Part shown: positions 18,057 through 20,794 of the stretch, piece by piece | Layout: every line of letters begins with the position of its first letter | Numbering within the stretch: the first letter of the stretch is position 1 | Assembly: GCA_050287845.1 (NCBI GenBank) | Contig: JBNKCR010000041.1 | Location: 1 to 20,794, forward strand | Direction of reading: 5' to 3' | Length of the DNA stretch: 20,794 nucleotides | DNA from: Polyangia bacterium | GTDB taxonomy: Bacteria; Myxococcota_A; Polyangia; JAAYKL01 | Translations under genes and position numbers: made by a program | Notes under the pieces: generated by a model | The model's input: only the letters and a program-made list of their open reading frames with translations | Told to the model about the DNA's origin: nothing | Database searches by the model: none

Positions 18057-19061
18057 ATGATGGAAAATACAGGTGGTACGTTCAAGGCATTCCGTGTTGA
18101 AGAAAAGGATGGAAACTATATTGGCTCGGTTAAAGAAATGGAATTTAGCCCAGTAAGCAATGGCGAAATATTGGTTAGAGTACACTACAGTTCAATAAAT
18201 TATAAAGATGCATTATCGGCTTCAGGAAATAAAGGAGTTACAAGAAATTATCCGCACACTCCGGGTATTGATGCCGTTGGAACTGTTGAAAAATCGAATA
18301 GTGAAAACCTGAAGGTTGGAGACGAGGTAATTATTACCAGCTATGATTTGGGAATGAATACGGATGGTGGTTTCGCAGAATATATTAAAGTGCCTTCTGA
18401 ATGGGCTGTTAAACTGCCAACCACCATGACCATGAAAGAAAGTATGATGTACGGAACAGCCGGATTAACTGCTGGCATGTCGGTCTTGAGGCTAACAGGA
18501 TTGATAAAACCCGAGGATGGTAAAATAGCGGTTTCCGGAGCAACAGGAGGAGTTGGCGCCTTGAGTGTTTCTATTTTAAGTAAGCTGGGATACGATGTGG
18601 TTGCCATAACTGGAAAAGAAACAGAACGGGAGTATTTGCAAAATCTTGGTGCAAAAGAAATCTTATTGCGCAATCAGATTGAAGATTTCGCAAAAAAACC
18701 ATTGTTGAATCCAATGTTTGCTGGTGCAATAGATACGGTTGGCGGAGTGATTCTTGAAAATATTATTAAATCAACCCAATCTGTTGGTGTGGTTACTTGT
18801 TGTGGCAATGTTGCTTCACCAAAACTTGATATAACCGTTTATCCATTCATCCTGAGAGGTATTGCTCTTATTGGTATTGATTCTCAAAATTACCCAATGA
18901 AGTACAGAATCAAAGTTTGGGAAATGTTGGCAGATAAATGGAAACCAAAACAATTGGAAGATACTTGTAGTGAAATAACGTTAGAAGAAATTCCCGAAAA
19001 AATTGAATTAATGCTTAAAGGCAAATTGAAGGGACGAACTGTTTTAAATCTGATTGGATAA
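18057..19061 (+). CDS. YhdH/YhfP-family MDR oxidoreductase (acrylyl-CoA reductase AcuI-like), AT-rich
   Basis: YSSINYKD, YPHTPGIDAVG, DGGFAEY, GTAGLTA, SGATGGVG, AIDTVGG and VYPFILRGIALIGIDS motifs. Codon usage is visibly AT-rich compared with the neighbouring genes. Confidence 0.93.
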   Translation: MMENTGGTFKAFRVEEKDGNYIGSVKEMEFSPVSNGEILVRVHYSSINYKDALSASGNKGVTRNYPHTPGIDAVGTVEKSNSENLKVGDEVIITSYDLGMNTDGGFAEYIKVPSEWAVKLPTTMTMKESMMYGTAGLTAGMSVLRLTGLIKPEDGKIAVSGATGGVGALSVSILSKLGYDVVAITGKETEREYLQNLGAKEILLRNQIEDFAKKPLLNPMFAGAIDTVGGVILENIIKSTQSVGVVTCCGNVASPKLDITVYPFILRGIALIGIDSQNYPMKYRIKVWEMLADKWKPKQLEDTCSEITLEEIPEKIELMLKGKLKGRTVLNLIG

Positions 19062-19069
19062 TAAGGGAA

Positions 19070-19117
19070 CAAGGGGACGTTGAATAGAGTACAGGGACGA
19101 GAGTACAGGGACGGACG
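19070..19117 (+). repeat. GGGGACGTTG site plus 14-bp tandem duplication AGAGTACAGGGACG x2
   Basis: GGGACGTTG at 19074-19082 is identical to 16795-16803. Duplication copies at 19086-19099 and 19100-19113, followed by an extra GACG. Confidence 0.8.
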
Positions 19118-19125
19118 TCAGATGT

Positions 19126-19320
19126 TCATTTCTTTGGGTCCCTTTTGAGAACAAACACCTTTGGTTCTATACCTTCCACTGGTTCCATCAGCGGCTCATT
19201 GACGCTTTCCGTCAACGTCAATCTATCGAATATGGTCTCGACCAACTGCTCATCCTCTCTGCTCAGTGAACCGCCCCGAATTTTGCGGAGGCTCCATAAT
19301 TTGAGAGAATGGAGCCATGG
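19126..19320 (-). pseudogene. probable 3' remnant of a gene interrupted by the IS4 element
   Basis: 64 open codons run from the IS boundary to a stop at 19126-19128. The only ATG start comes from the CAT at the IS terminus. Confidence 0.5.
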
Positions 19321-20794
19321 CATGCGTGTTCGCTTAAGCAGCTAACTTCTTGAAAATAAATTGAAAAAGGCCATCAGTTTTGCCAAAAGAGTTTTGTGAC
19401 AAACTTGGAGGTAAAACGATGGCCCGACCGAAATCATTGAATATTCGCAAGTCCCTGGTCAAGCAATTTCCACAAAAACGACTGGAGCAACTCGCTCGGG
19501 AAACCGGGGCGATAAAAAGAAAACGCAAACTGAAATTCGTTTCGTTTTTCTGGAGCGTAGTGCTGGGGTTTGGCGTAGGCCGGAAACGCAGCATCTCAGG
19601 AATGCGCCGTCTATATCAGAAATCCACGGGTCAGGCGATTGAGGAGAGCAGCTTTTATAATCGTTTCACAGCTGGATTCGTCAGACTCCTTCAGGCGGTT
19701 GCTTCAGCTGCAATCACTGAATTGCCCGGCACAGGAAGAAAGCTTCGGGGAAAACTGTCTCATTTTTCCGACCTTATCCTCACAGATGGCACAATCATGA
19801 AACTGCATGATATGCTCGCGGATACATTCCCGGGAGTGCGGACGAATCATTCTCCGTCATCGTTGAAGCTTCACGCTGTGCTGAGCATTATTGGGAAAGG
19901 AGACAGCAGTATCAAGCTGACGCCAGGAAACCGCCACGACGGCCCCGTTTTCAAGGTTGGCAAATGGGTTAAGAACAAACTGCTGCTTTTTGATCTGGGA
20001 TATTATCGGTATCAGCTTTTCTCCTGTATTCAGAATAATGGTGGATTTTTTGTGTCTCGGTTGAAGGCATGTTCCGACCTCGAAATAGTTTCAGAAAATA
20101 TCACATGTCGTGGCCGCTCAATCAGTCTTGTTGGCAAACAGATTCAAACTGTCGCACAGGAGCTGAAACGAGATGTTATTGATGTCATGGTTAAAGTCGA
20201 TTACTGGAAGCGAGGATACAAAGGCTATCAGCGAAAAAACACTCAAACATATCGTGTTGTCGGCGTCTTAAATCACACTTGCGGTAAATACCATTTCTTT
20301 ATCACCAATATTCCCCCCGAGAAACTGTCAGCACAAGACATTGCGCAGGTTTATGCAGCACGCTGGGAAATCGAGTTACTGTTTAAGGAATTGAAGAGCA
20401 TGTACCGACTGAATGACTTGCCAAGCAGAAAATCAAATGTGGTAAAAGCGCTCGTGTATGCGTCCATTCTGACTCTTGTGGTCAGCAGAACGCTGCTCAA
20501 AGCTGTGTTGGAGGAAAGGAACATTGACCCCGATGAAATTCCGAAAAGGAGGTGGGCGGTGATTTTCTGTTCAATCACTCATGAACTTCTTGCCATGATG
20601 GCACGTCCCGTCGCAGATACAGCCAAAACTGAATGTCTGGTAGCACAAATGATTCTCAACGAAGCCATCGACCCAAACAGAAAAAGGAAAGGAATCATCC
20701 AATCTGTAGAATCCGGAACTCATAAATATGACCCGAGAGTCCGATGATTGCTGATAGATATGTTCAAACCGCTAAGCTTAAGCGATCACGCATG
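19321..20794 (+). mobile_element. complete IS4-family insertion sequence, 1474 bp
   Basis: 19-bp terminal inverted repeats with one mismatch: CATGCGTGTTCGCTTAAGC (19321-19339) and GCTTAAGCGATCACGCATG (20776-20794). They enclose a single transposase gene. Confidence 0.93.
19419..20747 (+). CDS. IS4-family DDE transposase
   Basis: RBS GGAGG before ATG 19419. LTDGT (D), LFDLGY (D), FFVSRLK and YAARWEIELLFKELK (YREK signature with catalytic E). Confidence 0.95.
   Translation: MARPKSLNIRKSLVKQFPQKRLEQLARETGAIKRKRKLKFVSFFWSVVLGFGVGRKRSISGMRRLYQKSTGQAIEESSFYNRFTAGFVRLLQAVASAAITELPGTGRKLRGKLSHFSDLILTDGTIMKLHDMLADTFPGVRTNHSPSSLKLHAVLSIIGKGDSSIKLTPGNRHDGPVFKVGKWVKNKLLLFDLGYYRYQLFSCIQNNGGFFVSRLKACSDLEIVSENITCRGRSISLVGKQIQTVAQELKRDVIDVMVKVDYWKRGYKGYQRKNTQTYRVVGVLNHTCGKYHFFITNIPPEKLSAQDIAQVYAARWEIELLFKELKSMYRLNDLPSRKSNVVKALVYASILTLVVSRTLLKAVLEERNIDPDEIPKRRWAVIFCSITHELLAMMARPVADTAKTECLVAQMILNEAIDPNRKRKGIIQSVESGTHKYDPRVR

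Noticed and set aside
17893..19125. Integron cassette with attC site
   Set aside because: No convincing RYYYAAC...GTTRRRY palindromic attC after the YhdH stop, and no tyrosine integrase in the window.

Overview
A GC-rich bacterial chromosomal window. The D-T/D-S-repeat lipoproteins, PEGA protein and DksA suggest a Myxococcota/Deltaproteobacteria-like host (inference). From left to right it holds: a hierarchical non-coding tandem-repeat array (185-561) ending in a C15 run; a DSDT-repeat lipoprotein esterase; a YfhO-like membrane protein with a C-terminal discoidin domain; a DTW-domain tRNA acp3U transferase with a long extension; dksA; a PEGA lipoprotein; a DEDDh exonuclease; pgi; an FAD-dependent oxidoreductase; a UPF0158-GNAT fusion; a DT-repeat pectin methylesterase; and a Cys-rich lipoprotein. 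The right end is a mobile/accessory region. It contains an HUH/Y1 RAYT-type transposase with a C-terminal HTH, bracketed by imperfect inverted repeats, then an AT-rich YhdH-family oxidoreductase bounded by related GGGAC-type sites, then a gene remnant cut by a complete IS4-family element (19321-20794). The best candidate for an undescribed system is the RAYT plus GGGAC-site plus AT-rich cargo arrangement, possibly linked to short 'stuttered' tandem duplications elsewhere in the window. All calls come from reading motifs by eye; no searches were run.
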